Assembly (NCBI GenBank): GCA_022969215.1
Contig: JALJPA010000003.1
Coordinates: 1-61,011, forward strand
Direction: 5' to 3'
Origin: Colwellia sp.
Lineage (GTDB): Bacteria; Pseudomonadota; Gammaproteobacteria; Enterobacterales; Alteromonadaceae
DNA length: 61,011 bases
A model generated the notes under the pieces. It was given only the letters and a program-made list of their open reading frames with translations. It was not told where the DNA came from and did no database searches. Shown here in pieces: positions 10,545 through 21,015 of this stretch; position 1 is the stretch's first letter, and each line of letters opens with the position of its first letter. The position numbers and the translations under genes were made by a program.

Positions 10545-11402
10545 ATGTCAGTAGTAAATAAAGCCAGTCAATTACCAGAAAAACAAGTATTAACGGTTGA
10601 TGTAGAAGATTACTTTCATGTCTCAGCTTTTGAAAAGGTTATTAATAAGTCAGATTGGCCAAGCTTAGAAATGCGCGTAGAGCGTAATACCTATCGTTTA
10701 CTAGAGTTATTTGAGCAAAATAAAGCCAAATGTACTTTTTTTACTCTAGGTTGGGTTGCAGAGCGCTGCCCTAATTTAATTAAAGCCATTGTTGAACAAG
10801 GGCATGAGCTAGCTAGCCACGGCTTTTCTCATCAACGTGCGACGATCATGACACCCGATGAATTTTGCGCTGATGTCAGTAAAAGTAAACAAATACTTGA
10901 AGATACTTCAGGGCAAGCCATTATTGGCTATAGGGCTCCGAGCTTCTCCTTTAACGATAGTAATATTTGGGTTTATGAAATTTTGGCGGAGTTGGGTTTT
11001 GACTATAGCTCTAGTACCTATCCTATTAAGCATGATTTATATGGCGTGCCTAATTGGCCACGCTTCAAATACCAGCGTCCGGAAGGAATTTTAGAGATCC
11101 CAGTGCCAACAGTGCGTAAAAATGATCGTAATACCGGCATTGGTGGTGGCGGTTATTTCCGCCTTTACCCTTATTTTTTATCAAAAAGGCGTATTGATAA
11201 CTACTTAAGTACAGAGCAGCAGCCTTATAGTTTTTACTTTCACCCTTGGGAAATCGACCCTGAGCAACCCCGAGTGGCTGGCGCCTCGATTAAATCAAGA
11301 CTTCGTCACTACTTAAATTTATCCCGTATGGAGGCTAAGGTAGTGCGCTTATTAGAGGATTACCAATGGGACACCATGAGAAGTGTTTACTTGGATAAAT
11401 AG
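10545..11402 (+). CDS. XrtA system polysaccharide deacetylase (CE4, DUF3473)
   Basis: TVDVEDYFH, HELASHGFSH, GYRAPSFS, GGGGYFRLYP, FYFHPWEID. Confidence 0.9.
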   Translation: MSVVNKASQLPEKQVLTVDVEDYFHVSAFEKVINKSDWPSLEMRVERNTYRLLELFEQNKAKCTFFTLGWVAERCPNLIKAIVEQGHELASHGFSHQRATIMTPDEFCADVSKSKQILEDTSGQAIIGYRAPSFSFNDSNIWVYEILAELGFDYSSSTYPIKHDLYGVPNWPRFKYQRPEGILEIPVPTVRKNDRNTGIGGGGYFRLYPYFLSKRRIDNYLSTEQQPYSFYFHPWEIDPEQPRVAGASIKSRLRHYLNLSRMEAKVVRLLEDYQWDTMRSVYLDK

Positions 11403-11473
11403 CTAAGTACTAAACGGATACTATGTAACTTTGGTGGGATTACCATTAAGCTAAATAACAAGAGAATGGATAC

Positions 11474-12556
11474 TTGAATACTACTTATAATACTAGCATT
11501 GATACAACGTCTAAAAATCATAGTGCAATTAAACAGCTAACCTCCGCTGACTTTGAACAGTGGGATCTATATGTCAAAAAACACTCGCAAGGTAGCTTTT
11601 TTCATTTAAGTGGTTGGCAAGAAGTTATCTCAAAAAGCTTTAACCATGATTGCTATTTTTTGTTTATAGAGCTTGATGGCAATATTGCCGGTGTTTTACC
11701 TTTAGTGGAAGTTAAAAGTAAATTGTTTGGTCACGCGCTCATCTCAACGCCTTTTTGTGTTTATGGCGGTGCTATTGCAGATACTCCAGCTCTTGTACGC
11801 CAACTGGAACAAAAGGCTTGCCAATTAGCCGAAAAGCTTTCCGTTGATTATTTAGAATTAAGATATCAAGAAAAGCAGGACTCTCCATTACTGTTAAAAC
11901 AGGCGCATAGTAGTTTTGCTTGTGAATTGGCCGATGACAATGAAAAAATCCTGGCCAATATTAAGAAAAAACAGCGTGCCGTTATTCGTCATTCCCTTAA
12001 AAATGAACTGAGTTTTTCTCTTGAGCAAGGTAAAAAGAATTTTCATGATTTTTATCAACTATTGTCAACAAGCTATCGCAACTTAGGTACGCCTATATTT
12101 AGTCAGGACTATTTTACTAATTTAGTTGAGGTTTTTGGTGAAAATATTGATATCGCCGTCATCAAAAATAAAGATAACCAGCCTTCAAGTGCTGTGATGA
12201 ACTTCTATTTTAATGAGCAAGTATTGCCTTATTATGGGGGTGGCAACGATAGCGCCCGCGGTCTAAAAAGTGCTGACTATATGTATTACCAAGTGATGTG
12301 TAATGCCAGAGAAAGAGGTTATAGATGGTATGACTTTGGTCGTAGTAAAAATGATAGTGGACCCTACAAATATAAGAAAAACTGGGGCATGCAGCCTAAG
12401 TCACTGTATTACTATTACCACCTAGTTAATGCCGATGAATTACCTAACTTAAGTCCTAACAATCCAAAATATAAGTTGTTTATTCAGCTTTGGCAGAAAT
12501 TACCGTTAAAAGTAAGCCAAATTGTTGGTCCATTTTTATCTAAGTTTTTGGGGTAA
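11474..12556 (+). CDS. FemAB-related GNAT-fold protein, PEP-CTERM system associated
   Basis: STPFCVYGG, RNLGTP, VLPYYGGG, YDFGRSK..SG..YKKNWG, PNLSPNNPKY. Start codon uncertain (TTG). Confidence 0.87.
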   Translation: MNTTYNTSIDTTSKNHSAIKQLTSADFEQWDLYVKKHSQGSFFHLSGWQEVISKSFNHDCYFLFIELDGNIAGVLPLVEVKSKLFGHALISTPFCVYGGAIADTPALVRQLEQKACQLAEKLSVDYLELRYQEKQDSPLLLKQAHSSFACELADDNEKILANIKKKQRAVIRHSLKNELSFSLEQGKKNFHDFYQLLSTSYRNLGTPIFSQDYFTNLVEVFGENIDIAVIKNKDNQPSSAVMNFYFNEQVLPYYGGGNDSARGLKSADYMYYQVMCNARERGYRWYDFGRSKNDSGPYKYKKNWGMQPKSLYYYYHLVNADELPNLSPNNPKYKLFIQLWQKLPLKVSQIVGPFLSKFLG

Positions 12557-12561
12557 TTGCC

Positions 12562-13833
12562 GTGACCCTTGCTAGTCAGCCAGTTCAACTCGATGTAAGC
12601 CCAAGCAAAAAAGAGCCATTGCTGTTTCTTTGTCATCGAATACCTTTCCCGCCTAATAAGGGCGATAAAATACGTTCATTTAATATTTTAAAAAAATTAA
12701 GTGAGTATTATGATGTGCATTTGGGCTGTTTTATCGATGACCCCTTTGATAAGCAATATGTGGCAACCTTAGCTAAATATTGTGTAGCAGTATTTCATTT
12801 AGATCAGCATAAAACACTGGCGAAAATTAAAGGCTTAACCGGCTTTATAACGAACCAGCCAATTACTCTGCCTTATTATTTCGATAAACGTATGCAGCAA
12901 TGGACGAACAGAACACTTGCTGAGCATAGCATTAGCAAGGTTTTTATATACTCTTCTTCTATGGCGCAGTACGTGCAAAGCAAGCCCGGTAAAGATGATG
13001 AGTATAAAGTATTAGAACGTGTGATTGACTTTGTTGATGTCGATTCTGATAAATGGCGTCAGTACGCGAATAAAAAAACAGGTATTGCTAAGTGGTTTTT
13101 TAATCGAGAATATAAGTTGTTGGCGAAAGAAGAAAACTCAATTAGCGCCCAATTTACTCATAGTTTATTTGTTTCACGGGATGAAGCACAACTCTTTAGG
13201 GATAGTCAGCCACAAGCGCAACAAGCGAAAATACACGGTTTGCTTAATGGTGTAGATGTTAACTTCTTCAACCCTGAAGCTGAATTCTCTGAAGAAAGCT
13301 TAGTCCCTCAGGTACCATTTATTAGTTTTACTGGTGCTATGGATTATTGGGCAAATGTTGATGCCGTGTTGTGGTTTGTTGAACATGTTTGGTCATCAAT
13401 TTTAGCCAAGCAACCCGATGCTGTTTTTTGTATTGTTGGTGGTAACCCAAGTAGTGAAGTGAGTGCTTTAGCTAAAAAGAAAGGTATTGTTGTTACGGGT
13501 CGTGTACAGGATGTACGGCCTTTTATAGAGCAAGCTCAATGTGTTGTTGCACCATTACAAATTGCCCGTGGCATTCAAAATAAAGTATTAGAAGCTATGT
13601 CCCTTAATAAAGCCATTGTTGTAACAACGATGGCGATGGCAGGCATTAATGCCCAGCAATCTGATGGTGTCATCATCACCGATGATAGTAATGCATACGC
13701 ACAAGCTTGTTTAGCATTCCTCGATGAGCAGCCAAAGGCTTTAACAAATAGACAGTGGATTTTAGCGCACTTTACTTGGCAGCAAACTTTACAGCCATTA
13801 ATGAATTATTTTTCAGCTAAGGAAGATCATTGA
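12562..13833 (+). CDS. GT4 glycosyltransferase, PEP-CTERM/XrtA system (TIGR03087-like)
   Basis: LCHRIPFPPNKGDKIRS, DFVDVDSDKW, FTGAMDYWANVD, ARGIQNKVLEAM. Confidence 0.9.
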   Translation: MTLASQPVQLDVSPSKKEPLLFLCHRIPFPPNKGDKIRSFNILKKLSEYYDVHLGCFIDDPFDKQYVATLAKYCVAVFHLDQHKTLAKIKGLTGFITNQPITLPYYFDKRMQQWTNRTLAEHSISKVFIYSSSMAQYVQSKPGKDDEYKVLERVIDFVDVDSDKWRQYANKKTGIAKWFFNREYKLLAKEENSISAQFTHSLFVSRDEAQLFRDSQPQAQQAKIHGLLNGVDVNFFNPEAEFSEESLVPQVPFISFTGAMDYWANVDAVLWFVEHVWSSILAKQPDAVFCIVGGNPSSEVSALAKKKGIVVTGRVQDVRPFIEQAQCVVAPLQIARGIQNKVLEAMSLNKAIVVTTMAMAGINAQQSDGVIITDDSNAYAQACLAFLDEQPKALTNRQWILAHFTWQQTLQPLMNYFSAKEDH

Positions 13834-15305
13834 TGAAGATAACCGATAAACGATTTTTGGCTACATTTTCATTGCTCATTCTAGCTTGGGCACTGGTTTA
13901 TCAAGACGCTTTAATGGGGATGGAAGCAATATGGTCAAGATCTGATACTTTTGCCCATGGCTACTTTATCTTACCTATTAGCTTATGGCTTTTGTGGCAA
14001 GATAAAGAAAACTTGCTGAAAAGTAATGTACAAGCTAGTTGGTTGCCTTTGCCTTTATTGGTAATTTCCTTGTTTGTTGGCTTATTTGCTTATGCTGCAG
14101 ATATAAATGTCTTGAGCCAATTGTCGGCGGTTACTTCGCTAATATTCCTACTGTGGCTGCTCGTTGGCAATAAACTTGCCTGGCATTATAAGTTTCCCTT
14201 AGCCTACTTGTTGTTTGCCGTGCCTATGGGGGAAAATCTTATTCCCTGGCTGCAAGACGTAACCGCATGGTTTACCGTGTTCTTTTTAAAGTTAAATGGC
14301 ATACCGGTTTATGTTGATGGCTTATATATTCAAATACCCACGGGCATGTTTGAAGTGGCGGTTGCTTGTTCGGGCATTCGTTACTTAATTGCTTCTGCGG
14401 CGGTAGGTGCTTTATATGGGCACTTAACTTATCAAAAAATCCATAAACAAATCATCTTTTTTATCTTCGCTTTGTGTTTACCTATTTTAGCTAATGGTAT
14501 ACGCGCATACGGCATAGTGGCAATTGCCTATTATTCAGATATGGAATACGCCACCGGAGCTGATCATTTGATTTATGGTTGGTTATTTTTTGGTTTAGTC
14601 ATCATGTTGATGTTCTGGATTGGTGGCTTTTTTGCAGATAAAGAGAAAAGTAGTGCCCTCACGCAGCCAAGTGAAGTTAAAAGCAATAACAACACTAAAG
14701 CTATTTTTGGGTATTTATACAAGGTATCTGTAGTTTTTCCGTTATTTTTATTGGCTTTTTACCTGCTGCAATCCATTCCTATAATTTCAGCTGCCAGTAT
14801 GGACAATGATGAAACGCTAGTCTCTTCTTGGGGGATTTCTTTTTCTGGTGCGCTAGATAAAACTAAAATAAGTGATAATGATGGTGTCGAACTTTTTCAT
14901 GCTGTGTATGGTAATAAACAAACTAAAGGAGAGATGATCTCCTGGGAAAATGTCACTCATGACCATGATAAATGGACAGTCGTGAGCGTTGAAGAGTTAT
15001 CAATCGCTGATAAACCAGTAATGTTGGTACACCTACGTAGTGTCAATGGCCAACCGAGAAGTTATTTATATCAATATAAAGTTGGTGATTTCTATACGGT
15101 TAATGAAAATAAAGCCAAATTAATGCAAGCATGGAATAGCTTAACTCGTCAGTCAGATATTAGTGAAGTTAGAGCTGTTTCTTTCGCGGGACAAATAGAT
15201 GTGTCCGTTGCTGAAGATAAGCTTACTATGGCTTTTATACAGGCGAATTTTTCTGAGTTCTCGCGTGAATATCTACTAAAGGCAACCGTTAGCTATGCTA
15301 GATAA
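13830..15305 (+). CDS. xrtA: Exosortase A with C-terminal EpsI-like domain
   Basis: About 8 TM helices; catalytic Cys (VAVACSGIRY), Arg (ANGIRAY) and His (GADHLIYGW) all present; TFAHG motif; periplasmic C-terminal domain. Confidence 0.93.
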   Translation: MMKITDKRFLATFSLLILAWALVYQDALMGMEAIWSRSDTFAHGYFILPISLWLLWQDKENLLKSNVQASWLPLPLLVISLFVGLFAYAADINVLSQLSAVTSLIFLLWLLVGNKLAWHYKFPLAYLLFAVPMGENLIPWLQDVTAWFTVFFLKLNGIPVYVDGLYIQIPTGMFEVAVACSGIRYLIASAAVGALYGHLTYQKIHKQIIFFIFALCLPILANGIRAYGIVAIAYYSDMEYATGADHLIYGWLFFGLVIMLMFWIGGFFADKEKSSALTQPSEVKSNNNTKAIFGYLYKVSVVFPLFLLAFYLLQSIPIISAASMDNDETLVSSWGISFSGALDKTKISDNDGVELFHAVYGNKQTKGEMISWENVTHDHDKWTVVSVEELSIADKPVMLVHLRSVNGQPRSYLYQYKVGDFYTVNENKAKLMQAWNSLTRQSDISEVRAVSFAGQIDVSVAEDKLTMAFIQANFSEFSREYLLKATVSYAR

Positions 15306-16419
15306 GGATAAAGCCCCAGTAATAGCGCACCTTATCTATCGTTTAGATATCGGCGGTTTAGAGCGAGTGATGCTTAATTGTATTAATCAGATGCAGGGTG
15401 AAAAATTTCAGCATGTCATTATATCTTTAACGGATGCTAATAACTTTGCCCAAGCTGAACATAATCATATTGAAGTTTTTTGTTTAGGTAAAAAGCAGGG
15501 TATTGATCTTGGTATTCACTTTAAACTATTTAAGCTTTTAAGAAAAATAAAGCCCGCGATATTACATACTTATAATCTGCCAACCATTGAATACCATCCA
15601 ATTTCCTGGTTAGCGGGTGTTAAAGGTCATATCCATGCCGAACATGGACGTGACATTGGTGATCCACAAGGCTTAAATAAAAAGCATAATTTTTTACGAA
15701 AATTGATGGCGAACTTTATACAGCGGTATGTCTGTGTAAGTGAAGACTTACATCAATGGTTAATAAGTACTGTCGGCATATCTCAGCGTAAAGCCTTACT
15801 TATTCAAAACGGTATCAATACCGATCGTTTTAACCTGCCAAAAATTCTTAACAAAGAAAACACCAAGCAGCTACGCTTTGCTATTGTCGCGCGTATCACG
15901 CCAGTAAAGGATCACCAAAATTTATTAAACGCCTTCGTCTTATTGCAAGAGCAAATAGGTAGCGCCAAAATGCCGCAACTTGCAATTGTTGGAGATGGAG
16001 AACAACGAGCACAATTAGAACAATACTGCCAAGATCATGCTTTAAGTACTGTAGAGTTTCTCGGTGCTCGTGATGATATAGAGCAGATATTATCGGAAAC
16101 AGATGTTTTTGTTTTATCTTCAATTGCCGAGGGTATCCCTATGACCATCTTAGAAGCTATGTCGGGAAAAACTCCGATAGTTGCTACACGAGTGGGCGGT
16201 ATTCCAGAAGTCATTGATGATGCTAAAGAGGGCTTTTTAGTTGAGAAAAGTAATCCAGCAGCTTTAGCAAAGGGATTACTACGCTATATCAATCAACCTG
16301 AATTAATTGTGGAGCATGGTGATAATGCCCGTGCCAAGGTATTGAAAAAGTTTAATGAAAAATACATGGTGCAAGCTTATTTGCAGCAGTATAAAGCGCT
16401 AGTTAAAGGACAATATTAG
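15295..16419 (+). CDS. GT4 glycosyltransferase, PEP-CTERM/XrtA system (TIGR03088-like)
   Basis: HLIYRLDIGGLE, HAEHGRD, NGINTDRF, EGIPMTILEAM, TRVGGIPE. Confidence 0.88.
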   Translation: MLDKDKAPVIAHLIYRLDIGGLERVMLNCINQMQGEKFQHVIISLTDANNFAQAEHNHIEVFCLGKKQGIDLGIHFKLFKLLRKIKPAILHTYNLPTIEYHPISWLAGVKGHIHAEHGRDIGDPQGLNKKHNFLRKLMANFIQRYVCVSEDLHQWLISTVGISQRKALLIQNGINTDRFNLPKILNKENTKQLRFAIVARITPVKDHQNLLNAFVLLQEQIGSAKMPQLAIVGDGEQRAQLEQYCQDHALSTVEFLGARDDIEQILSETDVFVLSSIAEGIPMTILEAMSGKTPIVATRVGGIPEVIDDAKEGFLVEKSNPAALAKGLLRYINQPELIVEHGDNARAKVLKKFNEKYMVQAYLQQYKALVKGQY

Positions 16420-16420
16420 A

Positions 16421-18451
16421 ATGTGCGGGATAACAGGTTTTATACATTTCTCAGCGAAAAATACAGTAGGCAGCTCGTTAAATCGTTCAGCTAATGATTC
16501 AATAGTTGATCAAAAGCTATTAGCGCAAATGAATAAGGCGCAATTTCATCGTGGTCCAGATGAAGGTGGCGAATATCTTGATGAGCATGTTGCTCTAGGG
16601 CATAGACGTTTATCAATTATTGATTTATCGTCAGGTCAGCAGCCCATGGCAAGCGAGGATGGCGACTATGTGCTTATCTTTAATGGTGAGGTATATAACT
16701 TCAAAGAAACGCGAGTTGAACTTGAAGCATTAGGGCATACTTTTCATAATCACAGTGACACTGAAGTTATCTTGCATGCTTACATGCAGTGGGGTCAGGC
16801 TTGCGTTGATAAATTTCAAGGTATGTTTACCTTTGCACTATGGCATAAATCCAAACAGCATTTATTTATTGCCCGTGATCGTTTGGGTATAAAACCATTA
16901 TTCTATGCCCTGATTGACGGCACACTTTATTTTGCCTCTGAACTTAAAAGTATCACCTTGGTACCAGGATTAAGTAAAAAAATAGATGTAAAAGCTATCG
17001 AGCAATACTTTGCCTTAGGTTATGCCGCTGAACCGCATACTATTTATCAACAGGTAGCTAAATTGCCGCCTGGTTATACCTTAAGTATTACCGTTGGTGA
17101 TAGGGCACCTAAAATAGAGCAGTACTGGGATGTAAGCTATGCTCAGCAAGTCGAAATGGACGAAGAAGACTACCTCGAAGAAATGGTCGAGCAATTTAAA
17201 ACCGCCGTTGATAGCCATATGAATGCCGATGTGCCATTGGGCTCATTTTTATCAGGCGGTGTAGACTCAAGTGCTGTGGTGGCCATGATGTCGCAACTTA
17301 ACAGTGAAAAATTGAAAGAAAGCAGTTCAGGTAGTGTATCAAATAAGGCGGTCACAACTTGTTCTATCGGTTTTGATGTAGAAGATTACAACGAAACTGA
17401 CTTTGCTCGTATGGTTGCTAAAGATTATAAGACCGATCACCATGAACAAGTCATTTCCAGTGACGATTTTGAATTAGTTGATATTATCGCAGGCTTATAT
17501 GATGAGCCTTATGCTGATAGCTCCGCCATGCCTACTTATCGTGTTTGCCAAATGGCGCGTGAGAAAGTAACCGTGTGTTTATCTGGTGACGGAGCAGACG
17601 AATTATTAGCAGGCTACCGCCGTTACGGCTTAATGATGAACGAAGAAAAAGTACGTTCAATATTACCATACGCAATTCGAAAACCAATATTTGGCACGCT
17701 TGGCAAGCTTTATCCTAAAATGGATTGGGCGCCACAATTTTTACGGGCGAAAACCACCTTTCAGTCTTTAGCAATGGATACTGCAGAGGGCTACTTCCAC
17801 GGTGTATCTCTGCTAAATGATGCCCAACGTAAAGCATTATTTTCTGACGAATTATACCAAGAGCTTAAAGGTTATACGGCTCTTGAAGTATTTAGAGAGC
17901 ATGAAGCTAACTTTGATGGCAATGACCCGTTATCTCTCATTCAATACTTAGACATTAAAACCTACCTTGTTGGTGATATTTTAACTAAGGTTGACCGCGC
18001 GAGCATGGCACATAGTTTAGAAGTTCGTGTACCTTTTCTAGATCATAAGTTTGTTGAATGGACTGCGAAAATTCCAACATCCCTAAAAATTAAAAATGGT
18101 TGTGGTAAATATATTTTGAAAAAAGCCATGGAACCACATCTGCCACACGATGTACTTTACCGAAAGAAAATGGGCTTTAGAGTGCCATTATCTGATTGGT
18201 TTAGAGGTCCTTTAAAACAAAAATTACGTGATTCATTATTAAGTAAGCAAATGATAAATAGCGGCTTATTTAATATGAAAACGATTGAAAAGTGGCTAGA
18301 TGATCATCAATCAGGTCGCAAAGAGTATAGTGCGCCATTATGGACGCTGTTAATGTTTGCATCTTTTTATAAACAAGCAGAGGAAGATTATAAGTTAACG
18401 TACAGCGTCACTTCCGAGGTTATTTCGGCAGTCCATATTTCACCTTATTAG
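16421..18451 (+). CDS. XrtA/PEP-CTERM system amidotransferase (asparagine synthase AsnB-like)
   Basis: N-terminal MCGI nucleophile, HRGPD, LGHRRLSIID, FNGEVYN, LSGGVDSS, SGDGADE, KVDRASMAHSLEVRVPFLD. Confidence 0.92.
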   Translation: MCGITGFIHFSAKNTVGSSLNRSANDSIVDQKLLAQMNKAQFHRGPDEGGEYLDEHVALGHRRLSIIDLSSGQQPMASEDGDYVLIFNGEVYNFKETRVELEALGHTFHNHSDTEVILHAYMQWGQACVDKFQGMFTFALWHKSKQHLFIARDRLGIKPLFYALIDGTLYFASELKSITLVPGLSKKIDVKAIEQYFALGYAAEPHTIYQQVAKLPPGYTLSITVGDRAPKIEQYWDVSYAQQVEMDEEDYLEEMVEQFKTAVDSHMNADVPLGSFLSGGVDSSAVVAMMSQLNSEKLKESSSGSVSNKAVTTCSIGFDVEDYNETDFARMVAKDYKTDHHEQVISSDDFELVDIIAGLYDEPYADSSAMPTYRVCQMAREKVTVCLSGDGADELLAGYRRYGLMMNEEKVRSILPYAIRKPIFGTLGKLYPKMDWAPQFLRAKTTFQSLAMDTAEGYFHGVSLLNDAQRKALFSDELYQELKGYTALEVFREHEANFDGNDPLSLIQYLDIKTYLVGDILTKVDRASMAHSLEVRVPFLDHKFVEWTAKIPTSLKIKNGCGKYILKKAMEPHLPHDVLYRKKMGFRVPLSDWFRGPLKQKLRDSLLSKQMINSGLFNMKTIEKWLDDHQSGRKEYSAPLWTLLMFASFYKQAEEDYKLTYSVTSEVISAVHISPY

Positions 18452-18514
18452 TTGTAGTAATTATAAATAACAGCTCAATATGATAGTGAAAGGTTAACTT
18501 AAAATAATAAACAT

Positions 18515-19738
18515 ATGAAAATATTACACGTATTTGATCATTCCCTGCCATTACATAGTGGCTATACTTTTAGAAGCTGCGCCATATTAAAGCAGCAGCA
18601 TGCATTAGGCATTGAAACCTGCCATGTTACCAGTCCCAAACATGGTAATGACCAAATTGAAATTGAAGAGATTGATGGCCTTAAGTTTTATCGTAGTGCG
18701 CCCATTTCTGGCTTGATGTCAAAACTACCGCTATTGAACCAAATGGCTTACATAGCCCCTATGGTTAAGCGGATTCTAGAAGTTATTGCAATTGAAAAAC
18801 CTGATGTTATTCATGCTCATTCTCCGGCACTTAATGGTTTAGCGGCCTTAAAAGCGGGCAGGAAATCAGGCTTACCGGTTGTTTATGAAATTCGTGCTTT
18901 CTGGGAAGATGCTGCCGTTGACCATGGCACCTGTAAAGAAGGTGACTTACGCTATCGTTTAACCCGAAAAATGGAAACTCATGTGGTTAAGAATGCTAAT
19001 GCTGTGACTACTATCTGTGAGGGGTTACGTGCAGACCTCATTAGTAGAGGCTTCGACGAAAAAAAATTCACTGTTATAGCTAATGCGGTAAATATCGAAC
19101 AATTCAATGTTATTACACCCCAAGATAAAGCCAATAATACCGACTTAGCTAAAGCATTAGCATTAACGGATTGTGATGTACTCGGTTTTTTAGGTTCTTT
19201 TTATGCTTATGAGGGTCTAGACCTAGCTATTGCGGCTATGCCGGCAGTCTTGGCTAAAAATCCGAAAGCGCGATTATTACTTGTTGGCGGCGGTCCGCAG
19301 GAGCAAAACCTTAAACAGCAAGTTATTTTATTAGGTTTAGAAGGGAAGGTGATATTTACCGGTCGAGTACCTCATAGTGAAGTTGGTAAGTATTATAGTT
19401 TAGTCGATCTATTAGTATATCCACGTAAAGTTATGCGCTTAACCAATTTAGTAACACCATTAAAACCCCTTGAAGCTATGGCACAAGGTAAGCCCGTACT
19501 TGCATCTGATGTTGGTGGTCATAAAGAACTTATTAGTGATAATGAAACAGGCTTCTTATTTAAAGCGGGTGATAGTGTCGAACTTGCTGAGCGTATGGCT
19601 GATTTATTGGCAAATGAGAATAAACTTAACAGCGTACTTTCTAATGGTCGTGATTATGTTGAAAATGTCCGTAACTGGCGAAATAGTGTCAGCAATTACT
19701 TACCGCTTTATCAAAAATTAACTGAACAAAGCAGCTAA
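18515..19738 (+). CDS. GT4 glycosyltransferase, PEP-CTERM/XrtA system (TIGR04063-like)
   Basis: DHSLPLHSGYTFR, YEIRAFWEDAAVD, GSFYAYEGL, VTPLKPLEAMA. Confidence 0.9.
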   Translation: MKILHVFDHSLPLHSGYTFRSCAILKQQHALGIETCHVTSPKHGNDQIEIEEIDGLKFYRSAPISGLMSKLPLLNQMAYIAPMVKRILEVIAIEKPDVIHAHSPALNGLAALKAGRKSGLPVVYEIRAFWEDAAVDHGTCKEGDLRYRLTRKMETHVVKNANAVTTICEGLRADLISRGFDEKKFTVIANAVNIEQFNVITPQDKANNTDLAKALALTDCDVLGFLGSFYAYEGLDLAIAAMPAVLAKNPKARLLLVGGGPQEQNLKQQVILLGLEGKVIFTGRVPHSEVGKYYSLVDLLVYPRKVMRLTNLVTPLKPLEAMAQGKPVLASDVGGHKELISDNETGFLFKAGDSVELAERMADLLANENKLNSVLSNGRDYVENVRNWRNSVSNYLPLYQKLTEQSS

Positions 19739-20928
19739 TGAATATTCTAGTTTTAACGACACTCTATCCAAATAATGTTCAGCACAGGCATGGTATCTTC
19801 ATTGAAAATAGAGTGAAAGAGCTAGTGAAACGTTATCCTGACGCTAAGGTAAAGGTACTTGCGCCAGTGCCTTATTTTCCTGCTTGGCTACCTATTAATG
19901 AATATAAGAAATATAGTGGCGTAGCTGAGCAAGAAGTTCGCGCCAATATAGAGGTTTTCCATCCTAAATATTTAGTTATACCTAAAGTGGGTATGAATAT
20001 TACGCCGCACTTCTTATATAGAACATGTTTAACCAGTATTGCTGAAATTCAAGATGAAGGTTTCTCTATTGATGTAATAGATGCACATTACTTCTATCCT
20101 GATGGGGTTGTTGCTAGTTGGATAGGTAAAAAACTAAATATTCCAGTAATGGTTACGGCACGTGGTAGTGATATTAATATTATCCCTGAAAATAAAATTG
20201 CCAGAAAACGAATAATAAAAGCATTAATGAATATTGATGCTAGTGCCGCTGTTTCCCAAGCGTTGGCTGATGAAATGGTTAAGCTTGCGCCATTGGCTAA
20301 GCCGCCACTAGTATTAAGGAATGGCGTCGACTTCGATTTTTTTCACCCCGATGTACCTAAACCACAGTTACCATTTACTTTATCTAAAGATGAAAGATTA
20401 ATTCTCAGTGTTGGTAATTTAATCGAGTTGAAAGGGCATCACCTTGTTATTGAGGCACTGACTTTAATACCTAATATAAAACTGATTATTATTGGTGAAG
20501 GTATATTGAAAGCAAAATTACATCAGCAAGTGGAAAAACTAAACTTAGAAAGTAGAGTGCACTTCACCGGTAATATACTGCAAAGTGAACTACCGGGTTA
20601 CTACGCCAGTGCGGACGTTTTAGTACTGGCATCCAGTAGAGAGGGGATGCCTAACGTCTTGATGGAATCTATAGCATGTGGAACACCTGTTATTGCAACT
20701 AATGTTGGTGGTAGTAAAGAAGTAATATATTCATCAGAAGTGGGTGAGCTGCTAAATGATAGAAGTAGTGAAAGTATCGTTAAAGCGTTAAATTCTGTAT
20801 TATCAAAAGATTTTAACAAAGAGGAAATCCGAAATTTTGCAAATTTATACGGCTGGAAAATAACAACAGAACAACAATATAGCCAGCTAACCGGAATAGC
20901 TATGAATAATACCAAAGGTTTATATTAA
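19738..20928 (+). CDS. GT4 glycosyltransferase
   Basis: TTLYPN, DAHYFYPDG, TARGSD, VGNLIELKGH, SSREGMPNVLMES. Confidence 0.88.
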   Translation: MNILVLTTLYPNNVQHRHGIFIENRVKELVKRYPDAKVKVLAPVPYFPAWLPINEYKKYSGVAEQEVRANIEVFHPKYLVIPKVGMNITPHFLYRTCLTSIAEIQDEGFSIDVIDAHYFYPDGVVASWIGKKLNIPVMVTARGSDINIIPENKIARKRIIKALMNIDASAAVSQALADEMVKLAPLAKPPLVLRNGVDFDFFHPDVPKPQLPFTLSKDERLILSVGNLIELKGHHLVIEALTLIPNIKLIIIGEGILKAKLHQQVEKLNLESRVHFTGNILQSELPGYYASADVLVLASSREGMPNVLMESIACGTPVIATNVGGSKEVIYSSEVGELLNDRSSESIVKALNSVLSKDFNKEEIRNFANLYGWKITTEQQYSQLTGIAMNNTKGLY

Positions 20929-21015
20929 ATGGATAGTTTATTGTTTTTAGTTAATTTAATCTCTGTAGCTTATTTATGTTATTGGGCCGTTAAAAATGAT
21001 ACTGAGGATAAATAG
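20929..21015 (+). CDS. Putative 28-aa single-pass membrane peptide (not in ORF track)
   Basis: ATG at 20929 directly follows the upstream stop; TAG at 21013-21015 directly precedes the next start. Encodes MDSLLFLVNLISVAYLCYWAVKNDTEDK. SD-like AAAGGT at 20914-20919. Confidence 0.6.
   Translation: MDSLLFLVNLISVAYLCYWAVKNDTEDK

Noticed and set aside
16421-18451. Short Ser-rich insertions and C-terminal extension in the amidotransferase
   Set aside because: All catalytic motifs are intact; these look like ordinary surface-loop variation.
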